Virus record (IMG/VR): IMGVR_UViG_3300044701_000569 | Location: 62,001-126,000 of that record | Direction: 5' to 3' (one strand) | DNA length: 64,000 bases | Part shown: in pieces, positions 47,350 to 57,427 of the stretch | Layout of the letters: every line of letters begins with the position of its first letter | Position numbering within the stretch: the first letter of the stretch is position 1 | Made by a program: the position numbers and the translations under genes | The notes under the pieces: generated by a model | What the model was told of the DNA's origin: nothing | The model's database searches: none | What the model saw: only the letters and a program-made list of their open reading frames with translations

Positions 47350-48525
47350 TTATCTGAAGCTTACGCTTGAAGAAGTAATACCAACAGTTGCTAGGTAGTC
47401 TGCTGCGTTACCAAGTGACGAAGCTGTGTTGGTTAGCTCAACATAACCATAACGTGTCATAAAGCTGACAGTTGGTTCGAATGTTGATGGATCTAGTACA
47501 ACACCGCTGCTCATCAATGGAATGTATGGGCAGTAGAATGCTGGAGCATCAGATTCTGAAGTTCCCTTGTAACCAATGATAACGTTAGCATTGTCAGCAG
47601 CATAAGTGTTGACATATACCTTCATTGCATTGTTTAGAGTACCAACTAGCTTTGTGTTAGTTGGAGCTTCAAACGTACCTTCTGTAGTACGTGCAAATGC
47701 TGATGTTGTTGCGCTCTGTAGAATTGTTAGTGCAAATGGTGAAACTACAGCGTAGTTACCAGCACCACGACGTGTACGCTGAGCGATTAGGTTTGCTGCA
47801 CGGTTGATTTGAACAGCTAGTGCAGCATGCTCGTCACCAACAAATGTAGCAGTACCGCTAACAGCAGTCTGGTCGTATGTTTCTACAGCAGCACCAGCTA
47901 GAGTGTTTAGCGAAGCTAACACTTCCTGGTCGATTTCAGCTGTAATTTCTTGAGCAAGAGCAGCCATAATTTCTGCTTCTACGTCGATGCCATGCATAGA
48001 CTGTGCGTCTTGTGCAGCTTCGAAAGTCCAACGTGCGCTGAGCTTACGAGTCTTGGCTTCAACTGTTTGCTTCAAGATTTGAATGCTTAGTCTGTTACCA
48101 GCAACACCTTCTAGCGCAGCAGTTGCGTCTGCCTTAGCTGTTGAAGTATTGCCTGAATAGGCTTCAGCAATCTTAAATGGGCTTAGAGCTTCTTCACCTG
48201 CAACTGCACCTGAAGCGCCTGAGCCTGCTGTGTCCGCATAGCGAACACGTAGAGTGTGGATTTGACCCACGGGTCCTGTCATTGGCTGAACACCAACTAA
48301 CTCGTTAGCAATAACGGTTGGCATCACACGACGGATGACTGGTAGGATAACACGGTTTAGTGTTGCGACATTACCGGCAGAAGTAGCACCAGCAGTAGCA
48401 CTTTCTGCAAGATACCTACGGGTATTTTCCAGTGTAGTGGCCATTACTGACTTTTTGTTGCCTTGAAGGCCTTCAAGAAGTGCTGCTTTTGTATCCTGCC
48501 AGCGACTTTCTAGTAGTTCTGACAT
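47350..48525 (-). CDS. gp23: Major capsid protein (gp23-like, 391 aa)
   Basis: VRRVMP-like segment, GVQPMTGPVGQI, VEAKTRKLSARWTFEAAQD, EIDQEV, FYCPYIPL and MTRYG motifs. Confidence 0.97.
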   Translation of the reverse strand: MSELLESRWQDTKAALLEGLQGNKKSVMATTLENTRRYLAESATAGATSAGNVATLNRVILPVIRRVMPTVIANELVGVQPMTGPVGQIHTLRVRYADTAGSGASGAVAGEEALSPFKIAEAYSGNTSTAKADATAALEGVAGNRLSIQILKQTVEAKTRKLSARWTFEAAQDAQSMHGIDVEAEIMAALAQEITAEIDQEVLASLNTLAGAAVETYDQTAVSGTATFVGDEHAALAVQINRAANLIAQRTRRGAGNYAVVSPFALTILQSATTSAFARTTEGTFEAPTNTKLVGTLNNAMKVYVNTYAADNANVIIGYKGTSESDAPAFYCPYIPLMSSGVVLDPSTFEPTVSFMTRYGYVELTNTASSLGNAADYLATVGITSSSVSFR

Positions 48526-48535
48526 TATTATCTCC

Positions 48536-49630
48536 TTAATTTAATCCAGCTAGACGCTTAATTGCGATAACATTATCGGCGTCTGCTTTACTACTAATTG
48601 TAATTTGATCTCTGTTGCCTGTTACTTCTTTGCCTTCTGTTAATGTTGCCTTCTGCTTTGCTGGAGATTTACCGTCTATTACTGCCGGTAGGTATCTTTC
48701 AAACTGTGAGCGTAGCTTGTTTGTTTGAACACTTTCCAGTAAGTCTGTCATAATTTCGCGCTGATCCTTGCTTAGTGGGGCAAGTAATTCGCTAACTATT
48801 TCTTTGCGCTGTGCAGATTCAATTAGGCGTTGCTTTTCAGCTTCCTTTGATTCTGCCAACTGTTTTGCCTTTGCAGCAAATGCTTTTGCTTCTGATAGTT
48901 GCTTGTCCTTAACGGCAAGAACTTTTAGAAGTTTAGCAGTTTCTGACTTCTCATTTAGGTATGATGTGCCAAACTCTGCTGCAAATGCTTCAAATATCTT
49001 ACGACCAAAATCGTTCTCACGTGCTGCATCAATGTCTTCCTTGAGTGCGCCAATTTCCTTAGTTAAGGCTTTAGCAACGGTCTCTTGTACTAATGCGGCA
49101 CTTCTTTCGATAAAGTTTTGTTTAACCTTAGCGAAGTGTGTCTTAGCTTCACGTACTAAACGTACTTTTGTTTCAGCTAAATCTTTCTTATCTTCATAAA
49201 ACTCTGCGATTTCAGATGATAAAGCTTCTACTACAAACTCTTCTAGCTTAGAGTACTGTGACTCCATAGCTTTCTTGTCTGTACGAAGTTCCTGGATTTC
49301 GTTTTGTAGTTGTTCAACTACGAAATTACGTAGTAGACCTGCATTCTCACGCATAGCAACAGCATACTTTGCTTTTGCTTCTGCTAGTGACTTACGATCT
49401 TCTGCAAATTCTGCGATTTCTTCTGCTAGGCGTTCTGACAATAGCGAGTCAATAGCTTCTACCATTGAATTCTTATCGTGCTCGTACTTCTGAGCGAACT
49501 CTTCACGAAGTTCAGCAACTGCTTGTTGCTTATTCTCGTTTACCTTTGCAGTCCAAGCTGCTTCAATATCTGCTCTGATTTCTTCTGAAATTACATTGTT
49601 TTCGAAGAGTTTTTTCAGTGCATCCAACAT
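48536..49630 (-). CDS. gp22: Prohead core scaffold protein (gp22-like)
   Basis: Long coiled-coil between the protease and capsid genes. Confidence 0.8.
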   Translation of the reverse strand: MLDALKKLFENNVISEEIRADIEAAWTAKVNENKQQAVAELREEFAQKYEHDKNSMVEAIDSLLSERLAEEIAEFAEDRKSLAEAKAKYAVAMRENAGLLRNFVVEQLQNEIQELRTDKKAMESQYSKLEEFVVEALSSEIAEFYEDKKDLAETKVRLVREAKTHFAKVKQNFIERSAALVQETVAKALTKEIGALKEDIDAARENDFGRKIFEAFAAEFGTSYLNEKSETAKLLKVLAVKDKQLSEAKAFAAKAKQLAESKEAEKQRLIESAQRKEIVSELLAPLSKDQREIMTDLLESVQTNKLRSQFERYLPAVIDGKSPAKQKATLTEGKEVTGNRDQITISSKADADNVIAIKRLAGLN

Positions 49631-49644
49631 ATTCTTCTCCTAGT

Positions 49645-50268
49645 TTACTGGAGCTTGTTGATGATATTCATCAACGATTCCTTGAGGTACTTCTGAGCCT
49701 TTGTATCGCCTCTAACTTCTTGTGCTATTTTATATGCCTGATACCCGCCACGATTATTCATTAAGTGTTCATAAATGGGTGTTGGGTATGCACCGGGTGC
49801 GCTAGGTTGAGCTACTACATCCACAGTGATTATTTCAAAGTCGGAAACTTCACCGCTTCCGTCTTCTTTAACATTTCCGCTACCACGTGATGAGACACCT
49901 AGCTTAACTCCGCTTTCAAGCATTGTCTTTACTAGGTTTCCCATCGGTGTTGGTAGGATTTTTAGTTTTCCGTAACCGTTTGGACCATCCATCCACATTT
50001 CTGAAATCATGTGGCTAACACGGTCTAGGTTAATATTAAGGCCTTCTGGATGATCAACTTCGCCGAGAACTGAGTAACCGCCGCTGACTTGATCATTGAG
50101 AGTTTTGACAGCCCTGCCAATTTCATTTACAGGATACACTCGCTGATTTGCGTTTCGAACGCCACCTTGAATGCAAATACCCTTCATGTAAAGGTTCTTA
50201 CCTTCATCGGTGGATTCTACTACAATCCTTGCCTGGTCAAAGCTCAAATTCTCTCGTAAGTTTATCAT
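49645..50268 (-). CDS. gp21: Prohead protease (gp21-like)
   Basis: NANQRVYP, LGEVDHP, GVSSRGSG and VAQPSAPGA motifs. Confidence 0.95.
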   Translation of the reverse strand: MINLRENLSFDQARIVVESTDEGKNLYMKGICIQGGVRNANQRVYPVNEIGRAVKTLNDQVSGGYSVLGEVDHPEGLNINLDRVSHMISEMWMDGPNGYGKLKILPTPMGNLVKTMLESGVKLGVSSRGSGNVKEDGSGEVSDFEIITVDVVAQPSAPGAYPTPIYEHLMNNRGGYQAYKIAQEVRGDTKAQKYLKESLMNIINKLQ

Positions 50269-50281
50269 CTAAACTTCCTTA

Positions 50282-51250
50282 TTATCTGCTGCCAATAGTT
50301 GACTTCTTATTGTCAGCTTGCTCGCCTGCGCCTTTCTTTTCAGCGCCGTGGCCTTTTGACATTGCCTTTAGAGACTTAGCTGCTTTACCGCCTGGTACAT
50401 TTACGTTACCTGCGTTGTCTTCCTTTTCAGTGCCCTTAAATAGGCTGCTGCCCTTTAGCTGTCCCTTGTTAGCTTCAACAGGAGACTTTTCAGTGTCAGC
50501 TTGATTTAGGTTCTTTACAGTGCCGCCCATGTCGTTCTTGCTAGCAACTGTTGACTTGGTGTTTACACCGTTGTCGCCCATTGTAGCACTAACTTTTTCT
50601 ACGTATTCACGCATCTGTTCAGCTGATGACTTCTTTTCGGCTTTCTTATCAGCCTTCTTGTCATCCTTCTTCTCTTTAGCTTCGCCAAAGTTAAAGGCTT
50701 CTTTTTCTTCGTCGCCTTCGTCTTCTTCGCCCTCGTCGTCGCCCATGTCCATATCCATGTCATCAGCGCCTTCTTCGCCGCCTTCGTCAGCCATTAGCTT
50801 TTCAAATTCAGCTTTTAGATCTTCAAGAGCATCTTCAAGGTCTTCAACACGATCTTCTACATCGCCTTCTGGACCTTCTTCTTCACCTTCTTCGTCACCG
50901 CCCATATCAATGTCACCCATCATATCATCTGTTGGGTCACCGCCCATAGCGGCCATTGGGTCAGCTTCTACTTCAAACTCGTCTAGATTAAAATCTTCGT
51001 TAGTTTCTTCATCAGTGTCCTCATCAGAAGCTTCGTCTACTTTATCTTCGTCTTCATCTTCGTCTTTTGAGGCTTCATCTACTTCTTCATCGTCTGATGC
51101 TTCTTCAATGTCTTCATCATCTTCTAGTAGATTTTCATAAATTTCACGTGACTTTTCCACAACTAACTCGTGGAATATGGCTTGTGCGCCTTCCTTATCT
51201 TCATTGATAAGACGCTCTAGCATTTCTTCAAATTTCTTACGATCGGCCAT
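50282..51250 (-). CDS. Highly acidic prohead core / internal protein
   Basis: Asp/Glu-rich low-complexity ORF between portal and protease, the position of gp67/gp68 in T4. Confidence 0.65.
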   Translation of the reverse strand: MADRKKFEEMLERLINEDKEGAQAIFHELVVEKSREIYENLLEDDEDIEEASDDEEVDEASKDEDEDEDKVDEASDEDTDEETNEDFNLDEFEVEADPMAAMGGDPTDDMMGDIDMGGDEEGEEEGPEGDVEDRVEDLEDALEDLKAEFEKLMADEGGEEGADDMDMDMGDDEGEEDEGDEEKEAFNFGEAKEKKDDKKADKKAEKKSSAEQMREYVEKVSATMGDNGVNTKSTVASKNDMGGTVKNLNQADTEKSPVEANKGQLKGSSLFKGTEKEDNAGNVNVPGGKAAKSLKAMSKGHGAEKKGAGEQADNKKSTIGSR

Positions 51251-51341
51251 TTGTTTCTCCTATAAATGTATAATACCATACGAAATGGTAAGGCTGTCAT
51301 TTTTATTTAGTTGGAATGGGAAAATATGCGTAGAAATAGAG

Positions 51342-51959
51342 TCAAAACGACTCGTTTTGAATCGCAACAGTGTTTTCGTTGAACTTTTTATTAAACTCAA
51401 CTACTGTCATATGCTGTAAATTAGTTAAACTTTGCAGTTCTCTAGGTATAAGAGTGTCCTCTTCTACTACTCTTATATATCTTTTTTTATTAAATTGATG
51501 TATTGTAGATGTAGTTTGTTTTAACCAATTGCCGTAATAAGTAGCACGTTCATCAACTCTTTTGTAGTTAAAAGACCCTGAATAGATGTTGTTTACTTGT
51601 TGTTTATCGTCACCTATACCTGCATAATCAAAACCTAAAATATAGATTTCTTCATTGTCATGCTCAGACGCCATCCACAATGCTGTTGGGCCACTACTCC
51701 AGCCTTTAGCAGGATTAAAAAAATTTAATCCTGGTATTTTTAGAAAAGTTTTATTTGAATTGGTCCACACAGGTATTTTATGCTGATATCTAGCTTCTGC
51801 TAGTTCAAGTACCATCTTTATGTCTACTGCAATTAGATAATCAGGATCAAAGTCTCTGTACAAAGCATTACAGCCGTAGATTTTTCCGTGTGTTCTAAGT
51901 GATTCTAAAGAAATAGATTTGCGACTAACGCCGTTACCTATAACAAATGCTCTGTTCAA
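51342..51959 (-). CDS. Maf/MptE (DUF115)-like Rossmann-fold protein, possible glycosyltransferase
   Basis: FVIGNGVSR, YGCNALY, YLIAVD, SSGPTALWMA and IYILGFDY motifs. TTG start. Confidence 0.55.
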   Translation of the reverse strand: MNRAFVIGNGVSRKSISLESLRTHGKIYGCNALYRDFDPDYLIAVDIKMVLELAEARYQHKIPVWTNSNKTFLKIPGLNFFNPAKGWSSGPTALWMASEHDNEEIYILGFDYAGIGDDKQQVNNIYSGSFNYKRVDERATYYGNWLKQTTSTIHQFNKKRYIRVVEEDTLIPRELQSLTNLQHMTVVEFNKKFNENTVAIQNESF

Positions 51960-51962
51960 TTA

Positions 51963-52211
51963 TCATGCTCCGCCTGCTGCTGCGTTGGCTGCAATGCCAT
52001 ACATCTGCTTAATAAAGTCAAGTTCTGACTGCTTGTCTTTTTTATGTAGCTCAGAAGCTTTGCGGATACGATTAATTTGAGAAAGTGATAATCTAGTTCT
52101 GCGTGTATCGTCAAAGTCAATAGGACTTTGATCGTGTTCAGGCTCGTAGCGATTATCTTCTACGGGCTCAACAGTCTCTTTATCAAAATAAAATAATTCA
52201 CGCAGTATCAT
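51963..52211 (-). CDS. Small protein downstream of the portal gene
   Basis: 82 aa, with a late box at 52219-52226 just upstream. Confidence 0.65.
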   Translation of the reverse strand: MILRELFYFDKETVEPVEDNRYEPEHDQSPIDFDDTRRTRLSLSQINRIRKASELHKKDKQSELDFIKQMYGIAANAAAGGA

Positions 52212-52230
52212 AGCAAAGTATTTATTCTAT

Positions 52231-53964
52231 TTAGGCAATTGGAGCAGCAGTTGGTGCAGTAGGTTCAACTCCGGTTGTTTCAGGAGCTAATTCAGCGCCT
52301 GCTGCTGCTTCTGTTCCTTCTTCAGGAGCAGTATCTTCCATAGATCCTGCATCAGCACTAATACCAGCAGAGCTAATACCTGCACTTCTCAATTCTGCAC
52401 TTGCATCAGTTGGTAGTGTAAGGTTTTCTGCGTTTTCTTCTTTCCACAGACGTTCATTTTCAGCTAGTTCTTCTTCAGTCATTCCTAAGAATCGTTTTAG
52501 AGCAAACCTGTTAGACATGTAAGGGATCTGTGCCATCTGTGTATAAGTTGGTACTCTCGCATTATCAATTTCTGCTTGACGATAGCTAGCAAAGTTCTGT
52601 GGTGGTTGAAATTTAATATCAAACATGTTAGTATCAATGTTGACACCTTTTTCTAACAAGTATCTTTTAAATTCTGTATCAAATGCTTCAGTTACTAATC
52701 CCTGAAGTCTTTCGCAATAGGTATTAAAACGCAGTTCTTGTATATAAGCTGTACCTACTCTACCGTCATTGTACTGTGCTGCTGAGTCATCTGCACCTGT
52801 TGGTAAGTAGCTGCTTGGGATTCTTAAACCTCTAACCAGTTTGTTAGTAAAATATCTTAAATCGTCAATTTCACCTAAGTTAGTACCGCCGGGTAATGTT
52901 TCAACTTTACTTCCACGACCTTCTGCTGTCTGCGGAAAGAAGTAGTCTTCGTTAATACTTAGAGGATTATACGAACTGTCAATTACATTTGCTCCGCCTC
53001 CTGTAGAAGAAGGAATACGTCGTTGATGTATTTCTGTTTTTACTCGCTCAACAAACTGCATAGCTAAGTGACTAGGCATATTGCCAACATCAACGTAAAA
53101 AACACGGCGTTCAGGAGCTCGCTGCACACGGTAGATAATGATGGCATCTTCTAACAGTTCCTTCTGCTTGTATACTTTGAAAATAGTTTCAAGTAGTGAA
53201 TTGCCAAATGGATAGTTATTATCCAAACCTTCTGATAGACTTAGATGCACAACATGTTTAGCATCAACTGTAATTTCATTTTGATCATTTTGAAAACGTG
53301 TGCCAGTTGACTGTGAACTAGATAAACCAACCATGCCACGAACACCGCCAGTTAAGTAACCACTACCTCCACCGGTAACGTTGCCGTTAGTTTGATACGG
53401 AGTTGTTGCTACACCTTCAACAAAATTTAAATTGAAGTTTTTAACAACGTATTGTTCTGGAACTTTGCCTTCTGACTCATTAACAATAATTTTTGTAATA
53501 TTTGCAGGATCTACATGAAACCAACGTTTTGTTTCAGGATCTCTTACAAAGAACTGATCCCCATATTTGAATGTATTACGAAACAGTCTAAACATTTTAG
53601 TTTCAAAGTCTTGCAGTTTACACCACTGCTGCAAATATTTTTGAATAACTGTTATTTCGCTATTAGTAGCATCAGTTTTATAATTTATAATAAAGTGTGT
53701 ATTATTTTGTTTGTTAGTTTGTGTACAAAATTCTGCTAGAATATCTAGTGCAGCGTTTACTTCAGAATCAAGATCCATTACATTATATTGACCATAACGC
53801 TCAACTCTGTTAGGACTGCCTGTATAGACATCAGGTAAAAAGGAACTATAGTTGGTTCTCGCAGGACCAGCTTGACCTCCATATCTTCTACCGCTCAGAG
53901 GCGAGTAGCTACCTTCTGGATTATCACCTGTTCTTACTGGAGTAAAAAATTTCTTCCAACTCAT
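52231..53964 (-). CDS. gp20: Portal protein (gp20-like)
   Basis: EDAIIIYRVQRAPERRVFYVDVGNMP, EDYFFP, ETLPGGTNLGEIDD and ELRF motifs. Confidence 0.97.
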   Translation of the reverse strand: MSWKKFFTPVRTGDNPEGSYSPLSGRRYGGQAGPARTNYSSFLPDVYTGSPNRVERYGQYNVMDLDSEVNAALDILAEFCTQTNKQNNTHFIINYKTDATNSEITVIQKYLQQWCKLQDFETKMFRLFRNTFKYGDQFFVRDPETKRWFHVDPANITKIIVNESEGKVPEQYVVKNFNLNFVEGVATTPYQTNGNVTGGGSGYLTGGVRGMVGLSSSQSTGTRFQNDQNEITVDAKHVVHLSLSEGLDNNYPFGNSLLETIFKVYKQKELLEDAIIIYRVQRAPERRVFYVDVGNMPSHLAMQFVERVKTEIHQRRIPSSTGGGANVIDSSYNPLSINEDYFFPQTAEGRGSKVETLPGGTNLGEIDDLRYFTNKLVRGLRIPSSYLPTGADDSAAQYNDGRVGTAYIQELRFNTYCERLQGLVTEAFDTEFKRYLLEKGVNIDTNMFDIKFQPPQNFASYRQAEIDNARVPTYTQMAQIPYMSNRFALKRFLGMTEEELAENERLWKEENAENLTLPTDASAELRSAGISSAGISADAGSMEDTAPEEGTEAAAGAELAPETTGVEPTAPTAAPIA

Positions 53965-53974
53965 TTATTTTTCC

Positions 53975-56900
53975 TTAGAATGACGTAACGTCTCTATTTG
54001 CAACATCTACACCAGTGCCGCGTTTGGTGTTCTTTTCAATCTTATCACTGATTTCTTTCATTTGTTGCAGTAGTTCAACCATTCTCGTCATTGTACCATT
54101 TAATTGTTCTGTATTGCCGGCACCTGTACTTGTATTTACACTAATGTTCTTTAATATGTCCCCAGCATTGGCTTTAGAATCGCCCATACCAAATAACCCG
54201 CCTCTGTTTTCATTAGCTAATTCTTTGTTAAGATCTGCTAGAGTTCTTGTTAAATCTCTCAATGCTGTATTGTAGGATGATAGTTTAGTTGCATCAAGTC
54301 CATTTAGAGCTGTTAGTGTAGTTTGTAGATTTTGAACATTTGCAATTGATTGTAAGCCGGCAGCAGTTTGTTGTAGTCCACCATTACTACCAATAGTTGC
54401 TAGTCTGCCCAAGCTAGCTACTGAATCAGGCGGTATTGAAAGATTAGCAGTGCCTTGGCCACCACCTTTAAAAGCATTTAGTGCATTTCCAAACGCTGCC
54501 ATTGCTTCTGCATTTGCTTTTATTCGCTGTGCGTCAATGCGCAACTCGCCAAACTGTCTCATACTGTCCCATGGCATCTGTTGACTGCCACCAAAGAAAC
54601 TTCTTAACCCTTCAAGTAATCCTCCGCTTCGTGTTCCATCTATTTGCGGAACTTTACTCAAAGCATCACCGAATGCTGCCATTGCTTCAGCATTAGTCTT
54701 AATTTTATCAACTGGTAATGTAAGCTGACCAAATGCAACTGCTTGTGCCCATGGTACTTGTTGAGAACCCATAAAGAAGTTTGCTACAGCACCAATTAAT
54801 CCGCCAGTGCGTTCACCATTCACAGTAGGAATATTACTCATAGCTTCAGCAAATGCTTTTACTGCAAGACTGTTTTGCTGCATCTTAGTAGCATCTAGAT
54901 TGTAAGATTGAAATTCTACCATCTTAGCGTATGGTAATTTTACTTCGCCGCCGAAGAAACCAACTAAACCGTTAACAGCATTAGCAACTAAATTACCTAG
55001 TGCTCCTGTTGCGCCACCAGAACCCATTGATGACATTGCCTTTGAATAAGCTACAACAGCATTTGCATTAGCTTCAACTCTTGCTGCATCAATATTAAGT
55101 TGAGAAAATTCTTGCAGTTTATCAAACGGAGTTTTACCGCCAAACAAACTTGTAATGCCTTCTGCAAGGCCTCCTAGCATTCCGCCAAGACCAGACACAA
55201 CGCTTGAAGCACCCATAGCAGCCATTGCTAAACTGATTGCTCCAATACCTTTACCAACCTGTATTAAATTGTTGCCATCAAGCTCGGCAAATTTCTGCAT
55301 ACCTTCTGCAAAGGTTGGAAGAGCTTTTCCTACTAGCCATGTAGCGCCAGCAATGCCTGCACCTATTACAACTATAGCACCACTTAGTATACCAGCGCCT
55401 ATTAGTATTTGCGGATTAGCAAATGCACCAAGACCCTTAGCTAATCCTTCTAGTATTCCGCCAAGACCTTTGCCGATTCCCTTACCAATTTCACCTACTG
55501 TTTTTCCAAATTCAGCAAAACCTCTAGCAACTCCTGTTAATAGTTTTTGTATTCCAGCACCAACAGATTTTAGTGCTTGACTTGCTGATACTGCTGCGTT
55601 GCCTGCGCCTGCTGCTGCACCACCTGCGGCATTAGCTGCTGCACCACCTGCAATATTTGCGCCTGCTGTTGGGGCGGCTCTAGCACCAAAGCCGCCCATC
55701 ATTTTACTTGCTATATTATCAGTTACTCCGCTCAGACCTCTACCAAGAGCTCCTATTACAGATTTCGCTAGGAACAGAGCACCAATACCTGCTACCATTG
55801 CAGCTACTACAGTACCGTTAGTAAATATTCCTTTAATAGCATCGCCAACTAATCCTAGTACTGCTGGTAAAAATCCGTCTACTTTTACTGATTCAGTAAA
55901 TGCTTTTATAGAGTCTGCCATGCCTGATATTAAGTCAGCGGCCCTGTTTATGCCTATAGCAAATAATTCTATTAATCCACTGTCAATAAAAGCTGTTTGA
56001 ATAGCTGAACTTAGTTTTCTAATTGAATCTTGAAATGTAGTTAATGCTGTAGTAGTTTCGTTTTCTTTCTTTGCTTCTTCCTCAGCTGCGGTAATATTTA
56101 GATTACTTACCTCTAACATAGATCTGTTGTTGTCGATAAGACCTCTTAGTACAGGATCAACTTGCCCTAATGCTCCAAGGAAAGCAGCGTCTCGCGCACC
56201 GCCTTTTGTAAATCGATTTTCTAATGTTTCGCTGGTTCTTCTTAGAGCGTCTTGCAGAATTCTTGGATCAGCACCTTGACCAACCTTCATCATTGCATCT
56301 CTTAATTCAGGACCAGCTTGAGCTAAAAGTTTTTGTGCTGCTTCAGTATTAGCTACGCCGTCGGCTAGATCTTTTAGAGCATCGCCAGTTTCTTTTGGCA
56401 GCTTGTTTATCATATCCATGCTTCTTTGAAAGTTTTGAGCTTGTATACTTCCTTCTTCAAACTGATTTGCCAGTGCTCTAAACGATGCGTCGGCGGCTTG
56501 CGCGGCTCGTTGATCCATTAATTCTTTACGACTCTGGCCTGTTAGTTTAGCCATCATATCAAGTTCTTTAAGATAGCTTGCCGAGCCAGCTGCTAGTTCC
56601 TGTGTACTTTTGCCTTGAAGCCTTCCTAGTCTACTCTGTAATTCAACATAGCTAGCCATACCTTCATTAATTTCTGATATACTAAATCCCATACCTTTGA
56701 GTTGTTCAAAAGTACCTGTATCCTTTAAAGCATTGTTCATAGCGGTAAATCGCTGAACACCTTGAGTAACAGTACCTCCAAATTTAGCAAACGTCTGTGA
56801 GTTATTACGTACCAAGGTTGAAAATTCTTCTAGAGTAAGACCGTTCTGTGCTGCTGCACGACGCATGGCTACGATGTCGTTGTTAAACCCTGCACCTACA

Positions 56901-57349
56901 GAACTTAATTCTCTAAATGCGTCAACAGACTTATCTAAGTACCCTGCCATTGCTCCTAGCAAAGATCCAACAATAGGAACCTGCGAAGCATAAGCTGCCA
57001 TTGAATCTTCACCTGCTAGTAATGAACGAGTCATACCTGCAAGGCTGGCCATTACTTGGCCAACGCCACGCATGGCCAGCGCACCAAAGCCTTTAGCTAA
57101 ATTAGATGCTGCTTCTGTTGTCTTATTAGTAGCTGCGGTTTGTGCTGTAGTAGCTGCGGTTTGTGTTGTAGTAGCTGTTGTTCCTGCTTGTTGAGCTTTG
57201 TTGTACATTTCTTGTACTTTGGAACCAGAACCACGTTGGCCTTTCTGTCCTCCCATTCGTTCAATAGCACGAACTAGAGCCAACAGAGTGGCTTCGCTGG
57301 CTACGCCACTTTCACCACCTACATTACCAATAATTACTTCATCAGCCAA
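53975..57349 (-). CDS. Tail tape measure protein
   Basis: 1124 aa, Ala/Gly-rich and helical, with hydrophobic stretches and imperfect internal repeats. Confidence 0.75.
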   Translation of the reverse strand: MADEVIIGNVGGESGVASEATLLALVRAIERMGGQKGQRGSGSKVQEMYNKAQQAGTTATTTQTAATTAQTAATNKTTEAASNLAKGFGALAMRGVGQVMASLAGMTRSLLAGEDSMAAYASQVPIVGSLLGAMAGYLDKSVDAFRELSSVGAGFNNDIVAMRRAAAQNGLTLEEFSTLVRNNSQTFAKFGGTVTQGVQRFTAMNNALKDTGTFEQLKGMGFSISEINEGMASYVELQSRLGRLQGKSTQELAAGSASYLKELDMMAKLTGQSRKELMDQRAAQAADASFRALANQFEEGSIQAQNFQRSMDMINKLPKETGDALKDLADGVANTEAAQKLLAQAGPELRDAMMKVGQGADPRILQDALRRTSETLENRFTKGGARDAAFLGALGQVDPVLRGLIDNNRSMLEVSNLNITAAEEEAKKENETTTALTTFQDSIRKLSSAIQTAFIDSGLIELFAIGINRAADLISGMADSIKAFTESVKVDGFLPAVLGLVGDAIKGIFTNGTVVAAMVAGIGALFLAKSVIGALGRGLSGVTDNIASKMMGGFGARAAPTAGANIAGGAAANAAGGAAAGAGNAAVSASQALKSVGAGIQKLLTGVARGFAEFGKTVGEIGKGIGKGLGGILEGLAKGLGAFANPQILIGAGILSGAIVVIGAGIAGATWLVGKALPTFAEGMQKFAELDGNNLIQVGKGIGAISLAMAAMGASSVVSGLGGMLGGLAEGITSLFGGKTPFDKLQEFSQLNIDAARVEANANAVVAYSKAMSSMGSGGATGALGNLVANAVNGLVGFFGGEVKLPYAKMVEFQSYNLDATKMQQNSLAVKAFAEAMSNIPTVNGERTGGLIGAVANFFMGSQQVPWAQAVAFGQLTLPVDKIKTNAEAMAAFGDALSKVPQIDGTRSGGLLEGLRSFFGGSQQMPWDSMRQFGELRIDAQRIKANAEAMAAFGNALNAFKGGGQGTANLSIPPDSVASLGRLATIGSNGGLQQTAAGLQSIANVQNLQTTLTALNGLDATKLSSYNTALRDLTRTLADLNKELANENRGGLFGMGDSKANAGDILKNISVNTSTGAGNTEQLNGTMTRMVELLQQMKEISDKIEKNTKRGTGVDVANRDVTSF
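57128..57177. repeat. 21-bp tandem coding repeat, about 2.4 copies
   Basis: agtagctgcggtttgtg(c/t)tgt units encoding T(T/A)QTAAT in the tape measure N-terminus. Confidence 0.7.
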
Positions 57350-57376
57350 TTTTGTTCAACCTGAATAATGTGCGTA

Positions 57377-57416
57377 TATAAATAGAATAGATACATACTT
57401 ATACATTGTATTTATT
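57377..57416. promoter_or_regulatory. Opposed late promoter boxes
   Basis: TATAAATA at 57377-57384 (plus strand) and AATAAATA at 57409-57416 (minus strand). Confidence 0.6.
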
Positions 57417-57427
57417 CGGAGACAGAA

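Noticed and set aside
46575-48525. Additional pqq genes (pqqB-E) around pqqA
   Set aside because: The neighbours are the capsid gene and a 147-aa protein with no radical-SAM CxxxCxxC, metallo-beta-lactamase or PqqC/PqqD features.
50520-51140. 206-aa Ser-rich plus-strand ORF and similar antisense ORFs (e.g. 19140-19700, 13753-14160, 25552-25974, 48768-49199, 55155-56000)
   Set aside because: These are antisense shadows of well-supported minus-strand genes with biased codons. They have no SD, promoter or recognisable motif.
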